A stretch of DNA of 64,000 nt from IMG/VR virus record IMGVR_UViG_3300021963_000100, positions 7,719 through 71,718 of that record; one strand, written 5' to 3'. The notes under the pieces are model-generated. The model was given only the letters and a program-made list of their open reading frames with translations. It did not search any database and was not told the DNA's origin. How positions within the stretch are numbered: the first letter of the stretch is position 1; each line of letters opens with the position of its first letter. The position numbers were made by a program, and so were the translations under genes. Positions 7,163 to 16,550 of this stretch are shown in pieces. This DNA is from a virus.

Positions 7163-7693
7163 ATGTTTAAGTATATTTCCGAGATTATCTCCAAGATTTC
7201 AATGAAGCAGCGTTTATCTGCGCTTGCCATCGTTTTATTTGCCATTGTAACCATTTCCGTGGCTCCTAAGATCGTTTCTTCCTTTACACAGGATAATGAG
7301 GAGCTGGAACTAAAAGTCGAGCGTCAGAGGCTCCAAATCGAGCAATTATCCAATCAGGTGGATACACTCAACAGTAAAATACTATCTGAGCAATCTAGTT
7401 GCACAAATAGATTTGTTGCCAGGGAAAAAGAAGTGCTTGATTTATTATTATCTCTGGAAACCGAAGCCAGAAATTCAAATGGTAAAATTTTATCTACCAC
7501 AACAACTATGGAGAGAAAAGAAAGACCAAGATATGTGGAAGAATCAAATGATCCTAATGAGCCACGTGTTGCCAGAATGGAAATGCCATCACCACCAACC
7601 GAAAAAACGGTTATTGTTAAAACTGATAATAGTAAACTGCTAAAGATGATCTCCAACGTTAAAAGCAACGTACAGAGTCATATAGGTAATTAA
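7163..7693 (+). CDS. membrane-anchored coiled-coil protein (possibly spanin-like)
   Basis: N-terminal TM helix then heptad-rich segment; late motif upstream; function is inference. Confidence 0.7.
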   Translation: MFKYISEIISKISMKQRLSALAIVLFAIVTISVAPKIVSSFTQDNEELELKVERQRLQIEQLSNQVDTLNSKILSEQSSCTNRFVAREKEVLDLLLSLETEARNSNGKILSTTTTMERKERPRYVEESNDPNEPRVARMEMPSPPTEKTVIVKTDNSKLLKMISNVKSNVQSHIGN

Positions 7694-7717
7694 TGTCCGA
7701 TATATCATACAAATATG

Positions 7718-8338
7718 TTATTCTTTTGTCTTACCCCACTTATCTCCTTTACCTGGAGTTCCACATGATGCGGGTGTGGGTCTACATGATGGATATTTAG
7801 CTCTGTCTTCACCTTTCTGTCTTCCACAGGCTTTGCATTTCTTTTTACCATCAGTTTTTCTGCATGTATTACAATCAACCCAACCTTTGCTTCCACCACC
7901 ACCTCTTCTTGAGAACCAACCGTGCAATCCGCTTTTCTTCTCTTTGGTGTAATCGGTTTTTTTGGCTTCATCCATACCTTCAGCTTCAGAATCAATATGT
8001 GCATCTATCCATGCTTGTATTTCATGAACGTCTGGCGCATAATCTTTTCCCTTTCTTCTGGTTATGGCATCGTGAGCTTTATAGATTAGATCCATAATAT
8101 CCTCAGGAGCTTCATTGATATCTTCTTCCTTTAGACCTTTCCAAATCTTTCCTCTTCTACATTGAACAATGGCACCAGACCTGTATGCGGATGGCTTGTC
8201 GTATTTTCGTCTTGCAATTCTAAGACAACGATCAGCTTTCTTTTCACCCTCATTAATGGCATCAAATGATTCGATAACCAAATCATCGTTAATCTTTACC
8301 ATTATCTCAACAAGTCTATTTAAGTCTTTTTGTTCCAT
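7718..8338 (-). CDS. hypothetical late protein with basic Cys-rich modules
   Basis: GWVDCNTC...CKACGR...YPSCRP; modules separated by INE/MDE. Confidence 0.8.
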   Translation of the reverse strand: MEQKDLNRLVEIMVKINDDLVIESFDAINEGEKKADRCLRIARRKYDKPSAYRSGAIVQCRRGKIWKGLKEEDINEAPEDIMDLIYKAHDAITRRKGKDYAPDVHEIQAWIDAHIDSEAEGMDEAKKTDYTKEKKSGLHGWFSRRGGGGSKGWVDCNTCRKTDGKKKCKACGRQKGEDRAKYPSCRPTPASCGTPGKGDKWGKTKE

Positions 8339-8361
8339 GTTATATATAAATAGTTTTGGTG

Positions 8362-8565
8362 TTAGTTAAATTCGTATCTTGGTTCCGTTACACCAACAAT
8401 ATATTTTTTGATTGTATTTGCTGGCACATTTAAAAAAGAACCATTTGTTAACTTAAATGCAATATAAACTTCAGCGAATGGTGTTAGGTATGTTTGCACT
8501 GGGGTCATCTCTTCCCCATCAGTATTTGCAAACTTTACATTTTCAATTTTGATCGAGTCTTGCAT
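8362..8565 (-). CDS. hypothetical protein
   Basis: 67-aa ORF starting 4 nt after the upstream stop. Confidence 0.7.
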   Translation of the reverse strand: MQDSIKIENVKFANTDGEEMTPVQTYLTPFAEVYIAFKLTNGSFLNVPANTIKKYIVGVTEPRYEFN

Positions 8566-8569
8566 TTCA

Positions 8570-9175
8570 TTAAACTATGTCAGTTGATTCTAATAAAGTG
8601 TAACTAAATTTGTTTCCGTGTATCTTTGATGCTTTTTTGCATATCTTCATGAACTCATCGAAATCTTTCACTCTCTTAAATACTTGACAACCTTCGCTCC
8701 AGTTTTCAACCCAAGTTGAATCTTGGCCAGCTTTGTGGATATTGATTCCAAACATACCAGTATCGGTAACCGATTCGCTAAACATTAAATCTCTGTTCGC
8801 ATCTCTATATACTGTTACATTACCATTTCTCTGACATAATGCATCATATTTGCCCTGGTGTTTATCAACTGACCAAACGCTTCTATATTGTCCTGGTACC
8901 AATCTGGCAACACCTTTGTTATTGTGAAATTCCATAACACCCTTTTTACCAGGATCCGTGGTTGCATTCCAGCAATAAAATTGTTCAACCCCCGCTTCAT
9001 CCTTAAATGTAATGGTTAAATGATCATCAAATACATTGGTAACCTTATCCGCAACAGATGGGGCGTTATTTCTCACACCAACGATATTAACATCATATCC
9101 TTTATTGGCGGCATCATCAAACCATTTATAGCCTTTGGCTAACACGGTGTCTTTAATTTGTTCTTTTGTATACAT
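8570..9175 (-). CDS. L,D-transpeptidase (YkuD)-like peptidoglycan enzyme, candidate endolysin
   Basis: INIH-x12-SEGCQV resembles the YkuD His...SxGC catalytic motif. Confidence 0.65.
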   Translation of the reverse strand: MYTKEQIKDTVLAKGYKWFDDAANKGYDVNIVGVRNNAPSVADKVTNVFDDHLTITFKDEAGVEQFYCWNATTDPGKKGVMEFHNNKGVARLVPGQYRSVWSVDKHQGKYDALCQRNGNVTVYRDANRDLMFSESVTDTGMFGINIHKAGQDSTWVENWSEGCQVFKRVKDFDEFMKICKKASKIHGNKFSYTLLESTDIV

Positions 9176-10032
9176 TATTTTTTGTTTTTAAAATAGTGAA
9201 TCTGTTGCAATCTTTCTTTAGCCCCAGCTTCTGAATTATAAGTTCCTAGGTTTCCACCCTTTTCAGAGTATACCCTCCATTTATCATCTCCAATCTTGCG
9301 GATGTATTCATCCAATGGTTGTTTGTTTGGATCGTTATCACATCCGCATTTATGACAGATGTACATATCATCCCCACCTTCACTCTTTTTCCAACTCCAA
9401 CCACAGTCATCACAGATAACCTTTGTTTTGGTCACCATCTCATCAACCGATGCAACTTCGTTATTTAATTTTGTAATATTTGTTATTGCACCATCACCCC
9501 AGATGCAACCAGATGCCACATCCCATCCATAATACCACATATGCTCATACCTGGCTTTGTAAATATAAGGTGCAATTTCTATGCCCGCATAATCTTTGGC
9601 GACCAATGACCAATCGATTGATTTATATCTGCTGGCCATCATTGCTGAATAATTTCTTATGGTTCTGTCCTCTGGACGCATTGCGTTGTATTTCTCTTCA
9701 AACGCAACCAATTCTTTATAGTTGGTGATTTTTAGGATTCTATCCTCGTTGATATCGATTTTAAAAACGTTGTCAGCCTCCCAGTCGGGCATTTCAGATC
9801 TAACCCACCTTATCCAACTATCGCCAATACCATACCACAACCCTTTTGGTTTGAATGATATTTCCTGATTTGGTGTTGGTTTGAATTCGATGCTGTCTTT
9901 ATCGGACATGATTAATCTGGCGCTGGAATAATCGGATAGAATTTTATTGTAAGTTTCATCTGAAACCTCGCCCATAACATTCATCATGGTTTTCATTTTT
10001 GCGATTTCTTCCGTTAGTGTCCTCTTTTTCAT
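9175..10032 (-). CDS. multi-module late protein (N-terminal tag, KPKGLWY domain, Zn ribbon, C-terminal basic module)
   Basis: LTEEIAKMKTMM tag; CDDC...CHKC ribbon. Confidence 0.8.
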   Translation of the reverse strand: MKKRTLTEEIAKMKTMMNVMGEVSDETYNKILSDYSSARLIMSDKDSIEFKPTPNQEISFKPKGLWYGIGDSWIRWVRSEMPDWEADNVFKIDINEDRILKITNYKELVAFEEKYNAMRPEDRTIRNYSAMMASRYKSIDWSLVAKDYAGIEIAPYIYKARYEHMWYYGWDVASGCIWGDGAITNITKLNNEVASVDEMVTKTKVICDDCGWSWKKSEGGDDMYICHKCGCDNDPNKQPLDEYIRKIGDDKWRVYSEKGGNLGTYNSEAGAKERLQQIHYFKNKK

Positions 10033-10071
10033 AAATCACTTATGCTGTCCGAACTGGTGCTGCGCACCAGA

Positions 10072-10509
10072 TTATAGTAAACGTTTCATTTGGTTTAGGT
10101 GCTCTTGCAATTTGGCATCTTTTTTAGCAACCTCATTATAATCTTTGGCGAATTGAATATTGGTTTTGATTGTATTCTCCTCATTCTCCAATTCCTCCAA
10201 AGTAAAATATTTGTATTCGGTATGTTCTTTGTTTAACTTAATGTTTTCATCGTCAAATGTATTTGTGTAGAATACATTCAATTCAACATTACCATAACCA
10301 TATTTTTTTAAATTGGTAAAGTTTTGCAAGAAAACCCCAGCTTCCTCTTTAACCTCTCTGGTCAATGCTTCTTCTGGTGTTTCACCCGCATCAACGCCAC
10401 CGCCAATCATAGCCCATTTTCCTGGGTTTGATTCGTCAGTCTCACTTCTCTTGAAAAGCAAAATCTTGTTGTCCTTAACAACCATTAATAGGGAAACTTG
10501 TTTTTTCAT
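10072..10509 (-). CDS. Nudix hydrolase
   Basis: Nudix box GGVDAGETPEEALTREVKEEAGV; C-terminal LQEHLNQMKRLL tag. Confidence 0.92.
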   Translation of the reverse strand: MKKQVSLLMVVKDNKILLFKRSETDESNPGKWAMIGGGVDAGETPEEALTREVKEEAGVFLQNFTNLKKYGYGNVELNVFYTNTFDDENIKLNKEHTEYKYFTLEELENEENTIKTNIQFAKDYNEVAKKDAKLQEHLNQMKRLL

Positions 10510-10536
10510 GTTTTTATAAATATATGGGAATTTGGT

Positions 10537-11559
10537 TTAAGGTATAATTTGTTCCCCTTTGGAGATTTTTTCCATATATTCGGATTCGGTTAAAACAGCT
10601 CTTACGTCCCAATGGTCAGCCATCATGGTTTCTTTTGCATGATCTGATCTTCTTTTGGCACCATACGCACATTTTCTAACCAGATAATCGTATGATAGGT
10701 GTTTGTAATGTAATACGTATAATTCGGTGTCAGAATTGTAAACCACGTTACCAGTTGGGTAAGATTGGTGGCTACCATATGAATATCTCATATTAACCTC
10801 TTTTGGGTTGAATAGTACGTATTTATCTAAACCGCTACTCACCTCACCATTTTTTATAATATCTGGTAAATAAACTCCTGGTTGGAATTTTGGGAATTCA
10901 GTTGAGTACATTTCGTAACCATATGTAACTGGTATTGTAATCCCGTTTTTCTTATACTCAATAATTTTTTCTCTAATATTCGGGTGATATAAAAATTCAT
11001 CAGCATCAACAATGATAAACCAGTCGTACTCGTCTTTGTATTTCTTCCAGATTTCATTTCTGGATTCCATCAAATTGTATTCATTGTACTCTTTATGATC
11101 CTCAATGATTACCTCAACTTTACTACCAAAAGTTTTAAGGTACTCCACGGAACCGTCATCACTGTTTCCATCAGAAAAAATAATCTTATCAACACCAACA
11201 AAATTGAAATAGTAATCGATAAAGAATGGTAAGATATCAATCTCATTTTTGATTGGACAAACCACGCATATTTTTTGTCTTGGTATTGATGTTGTTTTTT
11301 TGAAAATAGCACTCCTAAGAATCGAAGTACCCCAAGAGTCCCAAACCTCAACTTTAATATTATCAGCGTCAACTATTATATCATTACCAAAAAAGTATTC
11401 ATTACCTTTTTCCAACAATATAACATAGTCCATATAAGTTAAATGCTCGTACTCATACCCATTATACTTATGAACCTTTAATTTTATCTCAATAGGGAAT
11501 CCAGATTGTAGAAAAATCCTACCAATACTGGTGTCATACTTAATATCAACGTTAACCAT
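10537..11559 (-). CDS. glycosyltransferase family 2-like (GT-A fold)
   Basis: PIKNE...DGNSDDGS...WFIIVDADEFL (DxD); TACTTTTG -7 box upstream on the minus strand. Confidence 0.85.
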   Translation of the reverse strand: MVNVDIKYDTSIGRIFLQSGFPIEIKLKVHKYNGYEYEHLTYMDYVILLEKGNEYFFGNDIIVDADNIKVEVWDSWGTSILRSAIFKKTTSIPRQKICVVCPIKNEIDILPFFIDYYFNFVGVDKIIFSDGNSDDGSVEYLKTFGSKVEVIIEDHKEYNEYNLMESRNEIWKKYKDEYDWFIIVDADEFLYHPNIREKIIEYKKNGITIPVTYGYEMYSTEFPKFQPGVYLPDIIKNGEVSSGLDKYVLFNPKEVNMRYSYGSHQSYPTGNVVYNSDTELYVLHYKHLSYDYLVRKCAYGAKRRSDHAKETMMADHWDVRAVLTESEYMEKISKGEQIIP

Positions 11560-11608
11560 AATTTTTTTTTACAAAAGTACCTAAAGATTTTTATTTGTAA
11601 ATAAACTA

Positions 11609-11770
11609 TTAGTTTTTTTTGATTTGGTGATAAGCCTTTTCAACTCTTTCGTGATGAGTCAATTTTGGGTGTGTAAATGCTAATTCACGGATTAGATTGT
11701 TTAGTTCGCTAATAAAGCCTTCCGTATGGGCTTCATAGTAAATTTCTTCTACGATCTCTTCATTAGTCAT
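11609..11770 (-). CDS. small hypothetical protein (53 aa, not in track)
   Basis: MTNEEIVEEIYYEAHTEGFISELNNLIRELAFTHPKLTHHERVEKAYHQIKKN*; late motif at 11787-11793. Confidence 0.7.
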   Translation of the reverse strand: MTNEEIVEEIYYEAHTEGFISELNNLIRELAFTHPKLTHHERVEKAYHQIKKN

Positions 11771-11854
11771 GGTAAGTGGTTTTCAGATAAATATATACGT
11801 TTTAAATTAAATTTTTAAGCAAAATTAAACTATTTATGTGAAAGTAATATTCCC

Positions 11855-12901
11855 ATGGAAAAAAATATATTAAACGAACAAATTTTGAGGATGCGAGAAA
11901 TTATGGGCATCAACGAAAGTGCGAAGGATCAATTTAAAAAAGATTTGCAAAACGATCCAGATTATAAAGAGTTTAAAGATAAAGCAATCGTACCTGGTAA
12001 AAACGGTGGAATTGATTATAGTTATGGTGTTGTTAACCCAGACAATGATCCGTTTATTAATAAAACCAGTCAAGATGACGATACCGATGAATTAGAAGAG
12101 GGTACGCTTTATAATATTAGCGGAGTTAGCTATGATGAAATGGCTAAAGCCGAAATAGGTTCAATTGTTGGTGATTTGAATAAAATTGCGCCATATGTTT
12201 TAGAAATTGGAGATAAAGTCAAAATGAGAGCTGATGGTGCTGTTGAGGTTTCGGATGAGGGTAGGATTGTTAGAATTTTTAAAAGCGCTGATAGTTTCTT
12301 AACTCAAATTGGATATAAAGCGATTTCAGTAAACGAGGATTTTGATGACACACTAACACATCATATTGAGGAGTCCGCTTATGACCAATCACATGGTTCA
12401 CCATATGATCGTGGACATGCTGATGCTTATTATGGTAGATCTAGAAATCCACATAAATGGCCTGAGGGTACTGGTCATGGCGAAAAAGTAACTGACTTAA
12501 CACCAGAAGAAATTGAGGCTTATAACGCTGGTTATGATGATTGTGACGATAGAAAGGATTGGGGTATGGATGAAAATACAAAAATGGAAACTGGCTCTGT
12601 TGGGATTATATCTAGAAGAGGTAAGATGATGCCAGCTTATTTTCAAAACTTTGGTCTTTCTGTTGCTGGTGATTTAGTTGAGTTTGATAACAATGGTAAA
12701 TTATTAAAAAAGGGTGGTGGTTATCCTGAAGGTGGTTTTAAAAAATATGAGACTGTTGATGAGTTAGAGAAAGACATCTGTGCTAATTACAATGAAATGT
12801 TAGAGATGTTTAAAACCATGGCACCTACAGAAGTTGAGCTTGGTGAAAATGAGAGTTCATATCAAATAATAAAAAATGCGGTTAACTGCGATTTATATTA
12901 A
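11855..12901 (+). CDS. acidic multi-module late protein with N-terminal tag
   Basis: ILNEQILRMREIMGI; HGSPYDRGHADAYYGR module. Confidence 0.85.
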   Translation: MEKNILNEQILRMREIMGINESAKDQFKKDLQNDPDYKEFKDKAIVPGKNGGIDYSYGVVNPDNDPFINKTSQDDDTDELEEGTLYNISGVSYDEMAKAEIGSIVGDLNKIAPYVLEIGDKVKMRADGAVEVSDEGRIVRIFKSADSFLTQIGYKAISVNEDFDDTLTHHIEESAYDQSHGSPYDRGHADAYYGRSRNPHKWPEGTGHGEKVTDLTPEEIEAYNAGYDDCDDRKDWGMDENTKMETGSVGIISRRGKMMPAYFQNFGLSVAGDLVEFDNNGKLLKKGGGYPEGGFKKYETVDELEKDICANYNEMLEMFKTMAPTEVELGENESSYQIIKNAVNCDLY

Positions 12902-12906
12902 ATAAA

Positions 12907-13305
12907 ATGACTAAAGAAACTAAAGTTATAGTTAGAGCTAATGGTGGTACTTGGAAAGTAACCGCTGATCATGCAAATTATACCACCATATCTGGTAGTG
13001 ACAAATTTGTTTGTCAAGGATCGGGGGATATCGATGTTGTGGGTGAATTTTATAACGATAGTATTGTTTTGCAATTTTTGGTTAACAATCCATGGATTGG
13101 TTCACCTTGGGCTGCTGTTGGACAATATTTGGGTGATATTGGTGGTTGGAAAAATGGTAGAACGTCTTTAAGTGAAGGTGAAGAACACATATTTGTACAA
13201 ACAATATACACGGATGATGATCATTGGGATTTTAAAACTAGAGTGGTAAGGTTAGCTGATACAGACACAAAAAACTTTGAAATCTGGCCAGGTTGGTGGG
13301 AGTAA
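12907..13305 (+). CDS. hypothetical protein
   Basis: 132-aa beta-rich ORF in operon. Confidence 0.8.
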   Translation: MTKETKVIVRANGGTWKVTADHANYTTISGSDKFVCQGSGDIDVVGEFYNDSIVLQFLVNNPWIGSPWAAVGQYLGDIGGWKNGRTSLSEGEEHIFVQTIYTDDDHWDFKTRVVRLADTDTKNFEIWPGWWE

Positions 13306-13315
13306 ATTAAATAAA

Positions 13316-13834
13316 ATGAAAAAAATATCATTAAACGAAGAGCTAAATAGAATGCTAGAAATTATGGGTGTTGAACCAAAAGATGGTCAGCAGTTGGATT
13401 TGTTTGCTGGTACGGATGATGCGCTACAAACAAATGATGACGAAACCTATAAGGGTAAGCGGGTAATGGTATATTATAATTTACACAAACACACGTTTTC
13501 AATACAATATAAAGGTTTAGTGGTAGCGCATGCTAACTACGTTAAATTAGGTAATGTTGAATTTAGGGTTAGGCAAGGCGGTCTTGAAAAAGTTCGTGAC
13601 GAAAAAAAGAAAAATGTGCATGCTTTTGTTATTGGTGATTTGATTGACTACGTTGAATACCCATCAACTGATATACCAACGCCAACAAGTTCAAAAATAA
13701 TAACATACGATCCTTATAAATACAGTTCATTTGTCTATAAAGATAATGAAAATCCTGTGTATAACGCCAATGAGGTAGAGATGATTAATCAACCAGGTGG
13801 TAAAATTTTCCAAATCCATGAAATTAAAAACTAA
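13316..13834 (+). CDS. tagged phage protein (VYYNLHK...KNVHAFVIG...YDPY)
   Basis: Start moved to ATG 13316; SLNEELNRMLEIMGV tag. Confidence 0.8.
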   Translation: MKKISLNEELNRMLEIMGVEPKDGQQLDLFAGTDDALQTNDDETYKGKRVMVYYNLHKHTFSIQYKGLVVAHANYVKLGNVEFRVRQGGLEKVRDEKKKNVHAFVIGDLIDYVEYPSTDIPTPTSSKIITYDPYKYSSFVYKDNENPVYNANEVEMINQPGGKIFQIHEIKN

Positions 13835-15578
13835 AAAATGTCTGTATGCCGCTCTGGTAATCCTATTTGTGTTTTTCATAGTAGAAACTTTAGTTGTTTT
13901 GGATATATTAGACCACTCCAAAAATTTAATTTATTTTAATTACATATGTGTTATATTATTCTCGCCATTGTTTTATGCTGTTGTTAAAGAATATATTTCA
14001 AACTCAAAAGAAATTAATAGGATTAATAAATATACTGAACGTTTAAGTGCAACTTTAATATCACAATCAAATAACACTTTATTCTACGAGGGTAAGGTTA
14101 CTGAGGGTGCTAAATTATTAACAAGTGAGGTTACCAAAACTATGGATGTTGATAGATGTTCAATTTGGTTATATGATGAAAATAAAACTTCAATTACTTG
14201 TGAACAATTATATATCAAATCAACGGATTCCTGGCAAGAAGATATGATTCTTAGAAAACAGGATTTTGAACCTTATTTTAGGGCACTAATCGATGATCCA
14301 ATAATAATAGCTAATGAAGCTGACCTACACCCAGCAACAAAATGTTTTACGGATAGTTATCTAAAACCGATTGGTATTAAATCAATGTTAGATGTGCCGA
14401 TAATATATAAAGGTGATATTATTGGGGTTATTTGTATTGAAAATTTAACCAAACGAGATTGGTTAGATGTTGAAGTAAATTTTGCTAGAACGTTATCATC
14501 GTTGTACGCTTTTGCTTATTCGATAAAAGAGAATAACACAATTAACAATAGTTTTGAGGAGTTTGAAAGTTTTGTTGATTCATCTGTGTTGGTAAGCTAT
14601 GCTGATGCTAAAGGTAAGATTACTTATGTAAATAAAAAATTTGAAAAAGTTTCTGGTTACAAATACAAAGAATTAATTGGTAAGGATCATAGTATTGTAA
14701 ATTCAAAAGAACACCCAAAGGAGTTCTGGAACGATATGTATAAAACGGTCGTTAAAGATAAAAAAATTTGGAATGGTATCGTAACCAATAAAAAGAAAAA
14801 TGGTGAACTGTATTGGGTTAACTCGTACATTAAAGCTGAATTTAATGAGGATAAAGAATTAACTGGTTTTGTATCGATAAGATATGAGGTTACGGATGTT
14901 GTTAGGGGTTCATTAGAGATACAAAAGAAAAACACATATTTAGAACACGCAGCAAAAATACTCAGACATGATATGCATTCAGGTATTAACACTTACATAC
15001 CTAGGGGTATCTCATCGCTTGAAAGACGTTTAACCCCAGAATTAATAGCTGAGTTAAAATTGGAGTCTCCATTAAAAATGCTTAAAGAGGGTTTAGCTCA
15101 CGCACAAAAAGTTTATAAGGGTGTTTATGAATTTACGAATCTGGTTAAAAACGATTCTAAATTAGAGACACAACCATCTGATTTAACTAAATTATTAACA
15201 GAATATTTATCAAGCACGGCTTATTCAAAACAAGTAGCAATAGATGCATTACCAACTGTTAATGTTAACCCACCGTTATTTTGTACAGCAGTTGACAATT
15301 TAATTCGTAATGGTTTAAAATATAACGATAGCGACTTTAAAATGGTTGCCGTATTTATGTTAAATGAAAATACAATTGGTGTGCAGGATAATGGGCGTGG
15401 CATGACGCAAGAAGAATTTGAACACTTATCAAAACCATATACAAGAAAACCAAATCAAAACGAACAAGGTACTGGTTTGGGTTTAAATATTTGTTTGGCC
15501 ATATTAAAAGAACACGGTTTCAGTGTTTCGTGTGAAAAAAACGAAGCTGGAACTTTAATGAAAATTAAATTAACATGA
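13818..15578 (+). CDS. sensor histidine kinase (2TM-GAF-PAS-HisKA-like-HATPase)
   Basis: GAF (VDRCSIWLYD...SMLDVPI...IGVICIE), PAS (DAKGKITYVNKKFEKVSGY...KKNGELYWV), H-box LRHDMH, N-box NLIRNGLKY, G1 DNGRGM, G2 GTGLGL; start moved to ATG 13818. Confidence 0.93.
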   Translation: MKLKTKKCLYAALVILFVFFIVETLVVLDILDHSKNLIYFNYICVILFSPLFYAVVKEYISNSKEINRINKYTERLSATLISQSNNTLFYEGKVTEGAKLLTSEVTKTMDVDRCSIWLYDENKTSITCEQLYIKSTDSWQEDMILRKQDFEPYFRALIDDPIIIANEADLHPATKCFTDSYLKPIGIKSMLDVPIIYKGDIIGVICIENLTKRDWLDVEVNFARTLSSLYAFAYSIKENNTINNSFEEFESFVDSSVLVSYADAKGKITYVNKKFEKVSGYKYKELIGKDHSIVNSKEHPKEFWNDMYKTVVKDKKIWNGIVTNKKKNGELYWVNSYIKAEFNEDKELTGFVSIRYEVTDVVRGSLEIQKKNTYLEHAAKILRHDMHSGINTYIPRGISSLERRLTPELIAELKLESPLKMLKEGLAHAQKVYKGVYEFTNLVKNDSKLETQPSDLTKLLTEYLSSTAYSKQVAIDALPTVNVNPPLFCTAVDNLIRNGLKYNDSDFKMVAVFMLNENTIGVQDNGRGMTQEEFEHLSKPYTRKPNQNEQGTGLGLNICLAILKEHGFSVSCEKNEAGTLMKIKLT

Positions 15579-16102
15579 GAAATTTTAAAATAGATCCATT
15601 ACATTCATACGTTGGCTTTAGAGTCAAGCATATGATGATTACCAATGTAAATGGTAGTTTTAAACAATTTGACGCTAAAATGGGTGCTAAATCTGATGAT
15701 TTTTCGGATGCGCAGATACATTTTGAGTGTGCTGTTGAATCCATAACAACAAATATACAAGATAGAGATGATCATTTAAAATCACCAGATTTTTTTGATT
15801 ATGAACAATACCCAGTGATTACGTTTAAATCGAGTGGTTTTATAAAAATTAATGATAGTGATTATAAAGTAACTGGTGATTTAACAATAAAAAATACTAC
15901 ATTACCGATTGAGCTTGAAGGTAAATATAATGGTAACGACATTGATATGCATGGTAATGTTAAGCACGGTTTTGAAATGTTTGCAAAAATCAACAGGAGT
16001 GATTTTGGGTTAACGTGTAATGCGTTAAGTGGTAAGGGTAATATGTTGATAAGTGAAGAAGTAAAAATAATAATTAATATATTAATGATTGAAATTTTAT
16101 AA
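15575..16102 (+). CDS. yceI: YceI-family lipid/polyisoprenoid-binding protein (no signal peptide)
   Basis: IDPLHSYVGFRVKHMMITNVNGSF...RDDHLKSPDFFD...GDLTIK...INRSDFGL. Confidence 0.93.
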   Translation: MRNFKIDPLHSYVGFRVKHMMITNVNGSFKQFDAKMGAKSDDFSDAQIHFECAVESITTNIQDRDDHLKSPDFFDYEQYPVITFKSSGFIKINDSDYKVTGDLTIKNTTLPIELEGKYNGNDIDMHGNVKHGFEMFAKINRSDFGLTCNALSGKGNMLISEEVKIIINILMIEIL

Positions 16103-16104
16103 AA

Positions 16105-16545
16105 ATGAAGGATATTATTGAATCAATACTATTGGTGGATGATGAGGATTTGTTCCACTTAGTGTTTGAGGATGCGTGCAGTTTGCTTGACATCACATTA
16201 ACATTAGAATCAATTAACAGCGCTGAAGACGCTGAAAATTTATTTAAAACAAAATACAGGGATATTAATTCAAGACCCACATGTGTTTTTGTTGATCTTA
16301 ATATTATTGGGTCATCATTTGACGGTATTGAATTAGTCAGAAGAATAAATTTTGTTCATGGTAATAATGTCGTAATTGGTATTATATCATCAAGTAATGA
16401 ACAAGAGGAGCAAACTAAAGCCGTTAAAGCTGGGGCTCAGTTTTGGATTATTAAATCAGATGAGATTGAACCTAGGTTAGAGGAATTTAAAAAAGATTTT
16501 CCATTATATAAGGAAAGATTGGCTCCGTTTAAAATATATAAATAA
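16105..16545 (+). CDS. single-domain response regulator (receiver only)
   Basis: ILLVDDE, VFVDLN (phospho-Asp), DGIELV, ISSS, AGAQFWIIK. Confidence 0.9.
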   Translation: MKDIIESILLVDDEDLFHLVFEDACSLLDITLTLESINSAEDAENLFKTKYRDINSRPTCVFVDLNIIGSSFDGIELVRRINFVHGNNVVIGIISSSNEQEEQTKAVKAGAQFWIIKSDEIEPRLEEFKKDFPLYKERLAPFKIYK

Positions 16546-16550
16546 AAGTA

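Noticed and set aside
7354-7668. Nested o-spanin in the 7163-7693 gene (7413-7643 + or 7354-7668 -)
   Set aside because: No hydrophobic signal with a lipobox Cys in either ORF
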